NCBI GenBank assembly: GCA_002418865.1
Contig: DIEY01000098.1
Span: 3,421 to 67,420, forward strand
Origin: Bacteroidales bacterium UBA5762
GTDB lineage: Bacteria; Bacteroidota; Bacteroidia; Bacteroidales; TTA-H9
Length of the DNA stretch: 64,000 nucleotides
Direction of reading: 5' to 3'
Shown here piece by piece: positions 9,581-19,147 of this stretch (its first letter is position 1; each line of letters starts with the position of its first letter). The translations under genes and the position numbers were made by a program. A model generated the notes under the pieces. The model ran no database searches. It worked only from the letters and a program-made list of their open reading frames with translations, and was not told the origin of the DNA.

Positions 9581-10459
9581 ATGGCTTATAAATCGGGATT
9601 TGTAAATATTATTGGGAAACCCAATGTGGGTAAGTCAACCTTGCTAAATGCCCTCGTGGGAGAAAAAATATCTGCCGTTACTTATAAAGCCCAAACTACT
9701 CGGCAGCGTATTTTGGGTATTGTGAGTAAAGAAGATTACCAAATCATTTATTCTGATACGCCTGGCATTCTCGATCCAGCCTATAAACTTCATGAATCCA
9801 TGATGAAGTATGTAGAGACCTCACTCGAAGATGCCGATGTTTTTTTATACATGGTAGAAGCAGGAGAAAGGAATCCACCCTTGAAAGTTATACAGAAAAT
9901 GCTGGATTCGAAAATTCCAATCATTGTATTAATCAATAAAATTGATAAAATCAAAACTGAATTGATAGCTGAAGAAATAGCTTATTGGAGAGGATTTTTT
10001 CCAGAGGCCGAAATTATACCTATCTCAGCTTTATATGGTAGTCGTTTACCTGATTTGGTGAATAAAATTGTAGAACTTCTTCCTGAAAATCCGCCTTATT
10101 TTCCTCAAGACGAGATTACTGATAGAACTACACGTTTTATAGTGTCGGAAATCATCCGTGAAAAAATATTCTTGAATTACCGTAAAGAAGTTCCTTATCA
10201 TAGCGAGGTGATTGTTGATGCATTTAAAGAAGAAGAGAATCTGATTCGCATTCATGCTATTATTTATGTTGCTAAGGAATCTCAAAAAATAATCATCATT
10301 GGGAAGAATGGTGAGGCTATTAAGAAGCTTGGCATAGAGGCACGTAAGGAAATTGAAGCCTTTGTTGGCACTAAAGTTTATTTGGAATTATCGGTTAAAG
10401 TAGCCGAAAACTGGCGTAATGATCCAAAGATGTTGCGTCGTATGGGCTATGAATTATGA
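9581..10459 (+). CDS. era: GTPase Era
   Basis: GKPNVGKST (G1), DTPG (G3), NKID (G4), and a C-terminal KH domain. Start moved to the ATG at 9581 (MAYKSGFVNIIGKPNVGKS). Confidence 0.9.
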   Translation: MAYKSGFVNIIGKPNVGKSTLLNALVGEKISAVTYKAQTTRQRILGIVSKEDYQIIYSDTPGILDPAYKLHESMMKYVETSLEDADVFLYMVEAGERNPPLKVIQKMLDSKIPIIVLINKIDKIKTELIAEEIAYWRGFFPEAEIIPISALYGSRLPDLVNKIVELLPENPPYFPQDEITDRTTRFIVSEIIREKIFLNYRKEVPYHSEVIVDAFKEEENLIRIHAIIYVAKESQKIIIIGKNGEAIKKLGIEARKEIEAFVGTKVYLELSVKVAENWRNDPKMLRRMGYEL

Positions 10460-10480
10460 CGTTAAAAATGACGAAGAATT

Positions 10481-11791
10481 ATGGCATCTAATATTTTAGC
10501 AATCGTTGGAAGACCCAATGTTGGGAAATCCACACTTTTCAATCGCTTGATTGGAGGAAGGCAAGCAATAGTTGATCCTACCAGTGGAGTTACGCGCGAC
10601 CGTATTTATGGTCAAAGCGACTGGAATGGTATTTATTTTTCAGTGATTGATACAGGCGGATATGTTGAAAATTCTGACGATATTTTTGAAGAGGAGATAC
10701 GTAAACAAGCCAAACTGGCTATTGATGAAGCAGATGCAATCGTCTTTCTTACCGATGGACGAGAAGGTGTTACTCCCTTAGATGAAGCTATTGCCGATAT
10801 TTTAAGAAAATCGGGTAAACCCATCTTTCTTACTGTAAACAAAATTGACGACCCTATATTGGCTAATTTTGAGTCAGAATTTTATTCTTTGGGAATGGGA
10901 GATGTTTATTCTATTTCGGCCATCACAGGAAGTGGAACAGGCGAATTGCTCGATGCTATAGTTAAATGCTTTAATCCTCAACATGAAATAGATCATAATG
11001 AAAGTTTGCCCCGCATAGCCATTGTTGGACGACCTAATGTTGGCAAGTCATCATTGGTTAACATGCTTACGGGCGAAGAACGCAATATTGTCACTCCTAT
11101 CCCAGGAACTACTCGTGATGCTATCTATACTCCATACAAATCTTTTGGCTTCGACTTTTTACTGGTTGATACGGCTGGTTTAAGGAAAAAATCGAAAGTG
11201 GAAGAAAATATCGAGTTCTATTCTGTTATGCGTGCAGTAAGAGCCATCGAAAATAGCGACATCTGCATTTTAATGGCCGATGCCTCCATGGGATTTCAAC
11301 AACAAGACTTGAACATTTTCGGCCTTATCAAAAGAAATCACAAAGGAATAATAATTTTGATGAATAAATGGGACCTCGTGCAAAAAGACAATAAAACACT
11401 TAAATTATACGAGCAAGAGATTCATAAAAAAATCGAACCTTTTACCGATGTTCCCATTATATTTACTTCGGTATACGAAAAGAAGCGTTTGCTTAAGGCA
11501 TTGGAATGGGCTATTAGGGTTTATGAAAATCGAAAACAACGCATTAGCACTTCTCGTCTCAATGAGGTGATGCTACCTATCATCAGTCAAAATCCACCCC
11601 CTATCGTCAAAGGTAAAGTGGTGAAAATTAAATATGCCACACAATTGCCAAAGCCTTATCCGATTTTTCTTTTCTTTTGCAATCATCCACAGTATATTCG
11701 AGAGGATTACAAAAGATTTATCGAGAATAAATTGCGTGAAAATTTCTCCTTTACAGGAGTTCCTATCGAGATTTATTTCAGAGAAAAATGA
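10481..11791 (+). CDS. der: ribosome-associated GTPase Der/EngA
   Basis: Two tandem GTPase domains (GRPNVGKST twice; DTGG and DTAG; NKID and NKWD) plus a C-terminal KH-like domain. Confidence 0.95.
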   Translation: MASNILAIVGRPNVGKSTLFNRLIGGRQAIVDPTSGVTRDRIYGQSDWNGIYFSVIDTGGYVENSDDIFEEEIRKQAKLAIDEADAIVFLTDGREGVTPLDEAIADILRKSGKPIFLTVNKIDDPILANFESEFYSLGMGDVYSISAITGSGTGELLDAIVKCFNPQHEIDHNESLPRIAIVGRPNVGKSSLVNMLTGEERNIVTPIPGTTRDAIYTPYKSFGFDFLLVDTAGLRKKSKVEENIEFYSVMRAVRAIENSDICILMADASMGFQQQDLNIFGLIKRNHKGIIILMNKWDLVQKDNKTLKLYEQEIHKKIEPFTDVPIIFTSVYEKKRLLKALEWAIRVYENRKQRISTSRLNEVMLPIISQNPPPIVKGKVVKIKYATQLPKPYPIFLFFCNHPQYIREDYKRFIENKLRENFSFTGVPIEIYFREK

Positions 11792-12171
11792 GTGAGGAAG
11801 AAATTCGTATCGATAAATGGTTGTGGGCCGTACGTTTGTTTAAGACACGTTCACTGGCAAGCCAAGCCTGCCGGGCTGGCAAAGTCAAAATAAATAGCAT
11901 GGTTGTAAAACCTTCACGAGTTATTCGCTGCGGTGATGTTTTACAAATCAGTTTGGAAGACTTGATTAAAACAATTGAAGTAAAGGCTATTCTGCATAAT
12001 AGGATTTCGGCTAAAGAAGTATCGAATTACTTGATCGATCATACCCCTGCAGAAGAATATGAACGCCAGAAAATGATTTACGAAATGAAGCAGGAGATAA
12101 GGCCTAAAGGTAAAGGCCGGCCAACAAAAAAAGAAAGACGAGATATCGACCGCTTAAAAAATTCTTTTTAA
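11788..12171 (+). CDS. S4-domain RNA-binding protein (Hsp15/HslR-like)
   Basis: IRIDKWLWAVRLFKTRSLASQACRAGKVKIN matches an S4 domain, followed by a basic C-terminal tail. An ATGA start/stop overlap couples it to der. Confidence 0.8.
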   Translation: MSEEEIRIDKWLWAVRLFKTRSLASQACRAGKVKINSMVVKPSRVIRCGDVLQISLEDLIKTIEVKAILHNRISAKEVSNYLIDHTPAEEYERQKMIYEMKQEIRPKGKGRPTKKERRDIDRLKNSF

Positions 12172-14841
12172 GTGCTGATATTGAATTAAATAACTTATTT
12201 TCACCATAAAAATATTTTCTGGATAGATGTCGAATAGTGAAGAGATATCTTTTGTTGGTTTGAATCTAATTTCTGCTCCCTGCTCGGCACGGTTTTGCGA
12301 CCACACAACATAGATGAATGAACCTGGGAAATATTCCCATCTCAATACCAGATTCGAAACGAAATAAAGAGCTTTGAAATCGGGCTTATTAAATGTGTAA
12401 TCAGTAATTCCATCATAGTTTTCGTCTATTTGATAGGTTTTATCCGATGGTTGGTAAAATAGTTGAGCTTCGGAATACTCGGTAAATCTTTGGTAATAAT
12501 CATTAGCCTTAGGCGAAGCTATAAACTTAAAACGAGAGTATTCTCCACTCGAAATGAAGGGCTGGCCATAATACTGTAAGGATAAATCATTGGAAAGATT
12601 TAAGTTGACACGCATTTGCAGAGCTAAAGTCTTTTGGTGAATATGTGCCATGATATATCGAGGTTTTCCGTTCATTTCTTTTTCTGCTACATATTGTAGA
12701 TTGTCATTATTTACCGAATATTCCGGATATAGGCCAAAACTCATGGCGGTAATAGGGTGATAAGTCATTCCTATTTCTACGGAACTGTAATCAAAATTGG
12801 GAGTAAATGATTGATAAAAACTTGTGTTGAATTCAGCTAGCAGTTTTTTTCGCGTGTCGGTGGATAAGTAGCCCCAGTAAGAATATCCACCGGGCAACTT
12901 AAGTGCGGGTCCACCTCTTAGAATGTAGTTGTCTAAATTATTGCCATCGAAGTTCAATCCAGCGCTAATTTGCCAGTAATTCTTAAATTGAGCCCATGCG
13001 TTGATATTTCCTCCTTTGAAAAGGCTGTTCATTCCAAAATCCCACCCGCTCCATTGATTAAGGTTTAAGCCTGCGCTTCTGAAAATTAAGAAAGGATGAT
13101 ACTTTTGGTATCCTATCCAAGCAACTTGAAAAATATTATCTGCTTGATGTAGATAACCGATATCATTGATTTCGAGTCCTGGTGAACGCCAGGTAATAAA
13201 AACGCTATATTTCCAGCTGCTATTTCCTTGACGGCCAAAATGAATACTGCCACCATGACCAGAAAGGCTTGTTCTCAAAGTGTCGAATTTCAAATAAGTG
13301 GCATCGGGGCGCTGAAAATTTCGTATGGGAGATTGCTGTAATTTGCTGATGGCTTCTTTAGTACCATTCACATAACTGGCAATGGCTTTGATGTCTAAGA
13401 AATAAGTTTGTTTTTTCCATGAATAATAAAAATCTAATCCACCTGTTGTAGCCCAAGTGGACAATAAACTTGGGTTGCCTTCACTATGGTCGTGATAAAC
13501 AGAGGTAATCATTCCGCCAATGCGGCTTTCGCCTTGGTGATAATCTTTCAGTATGCGGCCAACAAAATAATTACTAAAAGGCTCACATATAACGCTTGTT
13601 TCTTCGCTTCCTTTTGTAATTTTTGCTGAGGTCTTGTCCGTCATGCTTTCCAAGACTCCAAATGACCAACCATCCTTAGTTTTTCCTGTTAATTTAAATG
13701 CTGCAAGAATGGGAGTTGCTTCTGGCATGTCTACATAATCGGCATCGGGTATATATTTGGGCTTTCGACCAATGCGTCTCGAATAAAAAAGATTATCTCC
13801 CGAAAAGCTATTATCGCCTGGTGTTATCTGAAAATTCAGAATATTTTTCCCTTCGATAAAAAAAGGACGTTTTTCAGTGAAATAAGTCTCGAAAGCCGTC
13901 AGGTTCACTACGGAAGGATCGGCTTCAACCTGTCCAAAATCTGGGTTGATAGTATAGTCGAGAATTACATTCGAAGCCAAACTTACCTTTCCATCTATAC
14001 CAGCCCTGAAAATTGTGTTCTTTCCAGGCCGATATGGATTTTCTTCTTCTTTTTTATATGTTTCGTGCTGAATAGCTACATAAGGTGCTATCTCTACCTG
14101 TGGTACGCGTTTAATGTGGTCTAATCCATTCAAACGTCCAAAATAACGCACCCATCCGGGAGCATTTCTAGGAATATACTGCCATAGGGACATTTCTTCA
14201 TTTCGATGGATATTTCTGATGACCTGCAAACCCCAACCCTCAGAGTTATTCTTATCGAATCGAAGTTGTGAAAGTGAAATCTTCATTTCGACCGACCATC
14301 CTTTTTCGTGCACTATCGTCTTGGCTTCCCAAATGGCATCCCATGTAGGATCAGGGTCTCCTGTATTATCGGTTTCCGATTGTATGCCATCGAATTTTAC
14401 ACCCGCAGCACTGATGAAAAAAGTAAAAGCCGTAGTACGATCATTGTATGTATCTATTTGTATACCAACCCAATCGCCTTGTATGTCATCCCTACGTGCA
14501 AGCCGCCTTACGATCTTTTTGGGCATACTGTCATAAGCCTGAATCATAAAATAAATATATTCATCATCGTAAATTACTTTGAATTCAGTGAGCTGGCTGG
14601 GTAGCACCTTTTCGTAAGGACGCTGCTGAATAAAATTTCCACACGCAATCGTCTCTTTCCATTCTTTTTCGTCTTCTTGGCCATCTAAATTGATTTTAGC
14701 CTCAGGAAAATATATTGCCTTGCAGCTTTTTAGTGAATCATCCATTCCAAAACTTAACTCTACTATTGTAAAAAGACATAATATGGTAAAAAGGATTTGT
14801 ATGCCTGATGATTTTTTGAATAGCCCTTTCTGTAAATGCAT
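12154..14841 (-). CDS. large secreted/outer-membrane protein with an N-terminal CBM9-like domain (DUF5916-type architecture)
   Basis: Signal peptide. NLDGQEDEKEWK...FKVIYDDEYIYFMIQAYD...RDDIQGDWVGIQIDTYNDRTTAFTFFISAAGVKFDG resembles the CBM9/DOMON-like region, followed by a long beta-rich C-terminus. The family name is from memory. Confidence 0.65.
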   Translation of the reverse strand: MHLQKGLFKKSSGIQILFTILCLFTIVELSFGMDDSLKSCKAIYFPEAKINLDGQEDEKEWKETIACGNFIQQRPYEKVLPSQLTEFKVIYDDEYIYFMIQAYDSMPKKIVRRLARRDDIQGDWVGIQIDTYNDRTTAFTFFISAAGVKFDGIQSETDNTGDPDPTWDAIWEAKTIVHEKGWSVEMKISLSQLRFDKNNSEGWGLQVIRNIHRNEEMSLWQYIPRNAPGWVRYFGRLNGLDHIKRVPQVEIAPYVAIQHETYKKEEENPYRPGKNTIFRAGIDGKVSLASNVILDYTINPDFGQVEADPSVVNLTAFETYFTEKRPFFIEGKNILNFQITPGDNSFSGDNLFYSRRIGRKPKYIPDADYVDMPEATPILAAFKLTGKTKDGWSFGVLESMTDKTSAKITKGSEETSVICEPFSNYFVGRILKDYHQGESRIGGMITSVYHDHSEGNPSLLSTWATTGGLDFYYSWKKQTYFLDIKAIASYVNGTKEAISKLQQSPIRNFQRPDATYLKFDTLRTSLSGHGGSIHFGRQGNSSWKYSVFITWRSPGLEINDIGYLHQADNIFQVAWIGYQKYHPFLIFRSAGLNLNQWSGWDFGMNSLFKGGNINAWAQFKNYWQISAGLNFDGNNLDNYILRGGPALKLPGGYSYWGYLSTDTRKKLLAEFNTSFYQSFTPNFDYSSVEIGMTYHPITAMSFGLYPEYSVNNDNLQYVAEKEMNGKPRYIMAHIHQKTLALQMRVNLNLSNDLSLQYYGQPFISSGEYSRFKFIASPKANDYYQRFTEYSEAQLFYQPSDKTYQIDENYDGITDYTFNKPDFKALYFVSNLVLRWEYFPGSFIYVVWSQNRAEQGAEIRFKPTKDISSLFDIYPENIFMVKISYLIQYQHLKRIF

Positions 14842-14953
14842 GAATTATTTAATAGTGATTGTAAAATTCAGACGGCATTTTCTAAATATTGTTACAGATA
14901 AGAGATAATAATTTTTGGATATTTAGATAATATTCGATAAACGCTGAAAAGAA

Positions 14954-16150
14954 TCAGAAAATATAAAGTAGGATGCCTTTAAGATATTCGCCTTCGGGAT
15001 GGAAAATGCTAACGGGATGATCGGGCCCCTGTGTCAAGTGATGAAGAAGTTTTACTTCACGTTCGGCTTCAATGGCTGCCGAGAGTATAATTCCCGAAAA
15101 AAGTGAACTGTCTATCACCTGCGAACATGAAAAAGTGAAAAGAAACGAACCTGGTTTTGCCTTGCGAATGGCAAGACGGTTAATGTGGCGATAAGCACGG
15201 ACGGCGTTGGCTTTTTGATGACTGTGTTTTGCAAAAGCCGGTGGATCGAGAATGATGAGGTCATATTCTTCCTTCATATCGACGAGATACTTTAAAGCAT
15301 CGGCCTTTATACAGGAATGAGGGAAAGCATCGAAGCCATTGAGCTGAAGGTTTCGTTCACAATTTTCGATGGCAGTACCACTACTATCCACAGAATCTAC
15401 TCTAATAGCCCCTCCGCCAAAAGCATATACACTGAAGGCACCCGTATAGCAAAAACAATTTAATACCGAACGTCCAATAGCATATCTTCTCATCATTTCA
15501 CGATTTTCCCTTTGATCGAGGAAAAAACCCGTCTTTTGCCCTTTCATGAAATCTACTTCGAATTGGAATCCATTTTCTTTTATCACTGCATTTTCGGCAT
15601 TCCCCCATAAAAATCCTTCGTTGAGGTTGTTGTTTTTAACAGAATAATTCGTGTATTCAGCTGGTTTTGAATAAATTGCCCTAAGATGATTTGGGTAAAT
15701 CGATAATAGAGATTCTGCGAGAGTATGGAGAAGAATCTGCATGCCTGTTGATTGAGCCTGGAATACCATTACACCATTGTAATAATCGGCTACTAAACCT
15801 GGCATTCCATCGCCTTCAGAATTGATAAAACGGTAGGCAGTGGTGGATCTATTATTCGTTAAACCCAAGGCTTTTCGCAACGAAAAAGCTGTTTCGAATT
15901 TTTTTTGCCAGAAATCTTTTTCAATGGGTGATGTTCCAAAAGAGATCATTTTAACGGCAATCGAACCCTCTTCTAATAGACCGTACCCCAGTAGTTTTCG
16001 GTCATGACTTAATACAGCTACAATATCACCGGCTTGCACTTCCCCTTCAGAGTGAGCTATAGCACCGGAAAAGATCCAGGGATGTTTTCTCAATACTGGT
16101 TCTTCTTTCCCTTTTTTTAGAATGATAGACGAGTAGACTGATTTTCTCAT
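14954..16150 (-). CDS. rlmI: class I SAM-dependent 23S rRNA (cytosine-C5) methyltransferase, RlmI-like
   Basis: N-terminal PUA-like region (HPWIFSGAI), a SAM-binding region (LNCFCYTGAFSVYA), and ILDPPAFAK. Confidence 0.8.
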   Translation of the reverse strand: MRKSVYSSIILKKGKEEPVLRKHPWIFSGAIAHSEGEVQAGDIVAVLSHDRKLLGYGLLEEGSIAVKMISFGTSPIEKDFWQKKFETAFSLRKALGLTNNRSTTAYRFINSEGDGMPGLVADYYNGVMVFQAQSTGMQILLHTLAESLLSIYPNHLRAIYSKPAEYTNYSVKNNNLNEGFLWGNAENAVIKENGFQFEVDFMKGQKTGFFLDQRENREMMRRYAIGRSVLNCFCYTGAFSVYAFGGGAIRVDSVDSSGTAIENCERNLQLNGFDAFPHSCIKADALKYLVDMKEEYDLIILDPPAFAKHSHQKANAVRAYRHINRLAIRKAKPGSFLFTFSCSQVIDSSLFSGIILSAAIEAEREVKLLHHLTQGPDHPVSIFHPEGEYLKGILLYIF

Positions 16151-16166
16151 GTTCTATCTTAAAAAT

Positions 16167-16421
16167 CTAATCTATATCCTCATAATCGGTGTATTCTCCA
16201 ATTTCGTCGATCAATGATTTTTTGGAGTTTTTAGGTGGAGGCGATGTTATCTCTACTTTACCTTTTTTCTTTTTTGAAGGAGTTTTTTCTTTCATGTCCA
16301 TACGATTGAAGAGACGATTCGTCCACCACCGCATGATTAAAGGGAAAAACAAGCGCATCAGATAACCCAATAAGAGGAACCCCAGAATGATGATGAACAG
16401 ACTATCGAAAAAAGTGAGCAT
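16167..16421 (-). CDS. small membrane protein (DUF4834-like)
   Basis: One or two N-terminal TM helices, a basic linker, and an acidic EYTDYEDID tail. This matches a Bacteroidota-typical small protein, from memory. Confidence 0.5.
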   Translation of the reverse strand: MLTFFDSLFIIILGFLLLGYLMRLFFPLIMRWWTNRLFNRMDMKEKTPSKKKKGKVEITSPPPKNSKKSLIDEIGEYTDYEDID

Positions 16422-16505
16422 TTTATAAGGGAAGAAGCATCAAAAACAAATAAGGAGGCAGGATTTTCCCCCTCCTTTGTTGATCACATATTTACGAACA
16501 ACAAA

Positions 16506-16664
16506 TTATCTTTTATCGAGTTTTTCGTCAGATACTGTGAGTTTATATCGGCCTTTAGCTCTACGAGCTGACAGAACCTTCCGACCATTGGCTGTGGACA
16601 TTCTGTTTCTAAACCCGTGTTTGTTCACTCTTTTTCTTCTTGAAGGCTGAAAAGTCCTTTTCAT
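16506..16664 (-). CDS. rpmH: 50S ribosomal protein L34
   Basis: Not in the ORF track because it is under 60 aa. My translation is [52 protein letters not shown], which has the canonical L34 N-terminus [10 protein letters not shown]...HGFR.RM. Confidence 0.9.
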   Translation of the reverse strand: MKRTFQPSRRKRVNKHGFRNRMSTANGRKVLSARRAKGRYKLTVSDEKLDKR

Positions 16665-16692
16665 TTCATTGAGTTTTTATTTCTTTGGCTTT

Positions 16693-16700
16693 CAAAAATA
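16693..16700 (-). promoter_or_regulatory. -7 promoter box (TATTTTTG on the minus strand)
   Basis: The reverse complement of CAAAAATA is an exact TAnnTTTG, about 29 nt upstream of the rpmH ATG (16664). Confidence 0.4.
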
Positions 16701-16810
16701 TTTGCCATGAACTGCAACTGATTGAAGTAATGGCAAACGCGTTTCTTTTTTAAAAATTTGGGAGTGCAAAGTTATGAAATTTTTGAATATAAAAAACACT
16801 TGGGACGATA

Positions 16811-16852
16811 AGAAAAAATTAAAAGGGGAAAGCTTCTGCAGAGGCTTTCCCC
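16811..16852 (-). terminator. intrinsic terminator downstream of pepD
   Basis: 9-bp GC-rich stem GGGGAAAGC/GCTTTCCCC (16825-16833 and 16844-52), followed on the minus strand by TTTTAATTTTTTCTT. Confidence 0.65.
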
Positions 16853-16875
16853 TTCAAACAAAAACGGGGATAAAT

Positions 16876-18336
16876 TTATTTCAAAGGTGCTTCTTTGAGT
16901 ATTTCAGTTAAAAAATCCCAGAATCTTTGTACGCTGTGAATATTTACTTTTTCGTCGGGGCTGTGTGGATTACGAATTGTCGGCCCGAAAGATATCATAT
17001 CCCAATGCGGATAGGCTGCACCCAAAATCCCACATTCAAGACCAGCATGAATGACTTTTACCTCGGGTTCTTTCCCAAACTTTTTCTTGTAAATATTCTT
17101 CGTCAGTTGCAAAACTGTGCTATCTGGATTGGGCTTCCATCCAGGATATGAACCCGAAAATTCAATGTTTGCCTTTGCCAGTTCAAAAACCGAAGCCGTC
17201 ATTTCTGAAAGATCGTCTTTTGCAGAATCAACTAAACTACGAAGCAAACATAAAACAGAAATGTTATGGTCATCCATTTTTACATTAGCTAAATTGGTAG
17301 AAGTTTCTACTACACCTGAGAATGCATCGCTCATCCTGATCACGCCATTAGGACAGCCATAAATGGCATTGATCAGGCGCCATTGGGTGTCTCTATCGAT
17401 AAGATAGGTAGGCATAGAAGTATTTTCGCAAGTAATATTCAAATTAGGTTCAGTTGCTTTGAGTTCATTCTTAATAATTTCTAAGTAACGATCGAAGCAA
17501 TGAGCAAATTTCTCGGTTTCCGTTTCTGGAATAACCACATTGGCAAATGCTTCGCGAGGTATGGCATTACGCAGACCACCTCCATTCACATTAGAAATCC
17601 TCATTTGATGATGGTTCTGAGCGTGTTTTAAGAAACGAAAAAGGATTTTATTGGCATTTCCTCTTCCTAAATTGATGTCGAGACCAGAATGACCTCCTCT
17701 GAGGCCAGTGACCGAAAGTTTGAATGCTTTCATGCCTGATGGGAGAGTTTCTTTCGAATAGGGGAAAAGGAAAGTCCCATCCACTCCGCCCGCACAACCA
17801 ACATAAAGTTCGCCTTCATCTTCTGAATCGAGATTTAAAAGAATGACTCCTTCTAATAATCCTGGCTTAAGATTTTGAGCCCCAGTCATTCCAGTTTCTT
17901 CATCTGTAGTGATGAGCACTTCAATAGGTCCATGAGGTATATCCTTAGATTCGAGTATGGTCATCGCTGCAGCTACACCAATACCATTATCGGCTCCTAA
18001 GGTCGTACCATTGGCTTTGACCCATTCTCCATCTATCTGCGTTTCAATGGGATCTCGATTAAAATCATGAGGATTGTCACTATTTTTTTGAGGAACCATG
18101 TCCATGTGTCCCTGCAGAACAATCCCTTTCCGATTCTCCATGCCCGACGTCGCTGGTTTTCGAATGATAACATTACCTGCTTGGTCGGCAAGAGTTTCTA
18201 AGCCTAATTTCTTCCCAAAATCAATCAGAAATTGTCTGATACGTTCTTCATTTTTCGAAGGACGAGGAACCTGTGTTAAACTAAAAAAATTTTTCCACAG
18301 GGATTGGGGTTCTAAATTTCTAATATCCTGTTGCAT
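16876..18336 (-). CDS. pepD: aminoacyl-histidine dipeptidase (M20 family, PepD)
   Basis: LQGHMDMV, ADNGIGVA and TTDEETGMTGA metal-ligand motifs of M20C Xaa-His dipeptidases; 486 aa. Confidence 0.9.
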   Translation of the reverse strand: MQQDIRNLEPQSLWKNFFSLTQVPRPSKNEERIRQFLIDFGKKLGLETLADQAGNVIIRKPATSGMENRKGIVLQGHMDMVPQKNSDNPHDFNRDPIETQIDGEWVKANGTTLGADNGIGVAAAMTILESKDIPHGPIEVLITTDEETGMTGAQNLKPGLLEGVILLNLDSEDEGELYVGCAGGVDGTFLFPYSKETLPSGMKAFKLSVTGLRGGHSGLDINLGRGNANKILFRFLKHAQNHHQMRISNVNGGGLRNAIPREAFANVVIPETETEKFAHCFDRYLEIIKNELKATEPNLNITCENTSMPTYLIDRDTQWRLINAIYGCPNGVIRMSDAFSGVVETSTNLANVKMDDHNISVLCLLRSLVDSAKDDLSEMTASVFELAKANIEFSGSYPGWKPNPDSTVLQLTKNIYKKKFGKEPEVKVIHAGLECGILGAAYPHWDMISFGPTIRNPHSPDEKVNIHSVQRFWDFLTEILKEAPLK

Positions 18337-18432
18337 AAATAGTTTGGTGTTTGTGTATTGAAATGAAATGTCTTAGCTGCAAATGTAAAGAAATCTTATA
18401 CTTAAATATGATCGAGCTCTAAAATGTAGTTA

Positions 18433-19050
18433 TTAATAAATATGTATGATTTTCTTCGTTTCGAACCAAGGTTCATAAAAGAAATTAGAGAGATAATAGA
18501 CATGGAAACGCCTTTCCGTACGATTCAACTCTTCTTCAATTTCGCCTCCTTTTAGATAGAGAATGCCATTCTGCAGAAAATTAATGGCATCTCTTCGAAT
18601 GAGACCTTGTGAGAACTTTAATAAATTAGGAAGTTGCCCAAAGGCTCTGCTGACTATAAAATCGTATTTTTCGTGAAGATTCTCAATGCGTTCATGACGA
18701 GTCTCTATGTTTTCGAGTTTTACACTTCGAACAATTTCATCTACTACTTTAATTTTTTTCCCTATCGAGTCAACTAAGGTAAAGCTTACCTCAGGGAAAA
18801 AGATGGCCAATGGAATACCCGGAAACCCTCCGCCTGTGCCTGCATCCAGAATATAAGTACTGGGCTTGAAACGTATGATACGTGCAATACTTAAGGAATG
18901 AAGGATATGATGCATTTCGAGATGCTCAATATCTTTACGCGAAATAACATTAATACGATTATTCCAGTAGGAATATAGCTCATTCAGCATGCAAAATTGT
19001 TGTAATTGTTTTTCACTTAAACTGGGGAAATATTTCAAAATGAGCTCCAT
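18433..19050 (-). CDS. rsmG: 16S rRNA (guanine527-N7)-methyltransferase
   Basis: YILDAGTGGGFPGIPLAIFFPE SAM motif; the length and architecture match GidB/RsmG. Confidence 0.9.
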   Translation of the reverse strand: MELILKYFPSLSEKQLQQFCMLNELYSYWNNRINVISRKDIEHLEMHHILHSLSIARIIRFKPSTYILDAGTGGGFPGIPLAIFFPEVSFTLVDSIGKKIKVVDEIVRSVKLENIETRHERIENLHEKYDFIVSRAFGQLPNLLKFSQGLIRRDAINFLQNGILYLKGGEIEEELNRTERRFHVYYLSNFFYEPWFETKKIIHIY

Positions 19051-19072
19051 CCAAATGTTTGATAAACCTCTG

Positions 19073-19080
19073 CAAAACTA
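19073..19080 (-). promoter_or_regulatory. -7 promoter box (TAGTTTTG on the minus strand)
   Basis: The reverse complement of CAAAACTA, 23 nt upstream of the rsmG ATG (19050). Confidence 0.4.
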
Positions 19081-19135
19081 TATAAAGCCCATGTTGCTTG
19101 CAAATTCTTTTATGGTGATTAAAATGTGCAATGAT

Positions 19136-19143
19136 TAATTTTG
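19136..19143 (+). promoter_or_regulatory. -7 promoter box (TAATTTTG) abutting the start codon
   Basis: Exact match ending 4 nt before the ATG at 19148, which predicts a leaderless or near-leaderless mRNA. Confidence 0.4.
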
Positions 19144-19147
19144 CGAT

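Noticed and set aside
12154-12171. An 18-nt convergent overlap of the hslR-like gene and the CBM9-like gene within the near-palindromic TTAAAAAATTCTTTTTAA.
   Set aside because: Both stops fall in an AT-rich palindromic stretch. Such short convergent overlaps are common in compact genomes, and nothing further is suggested by the sequence.
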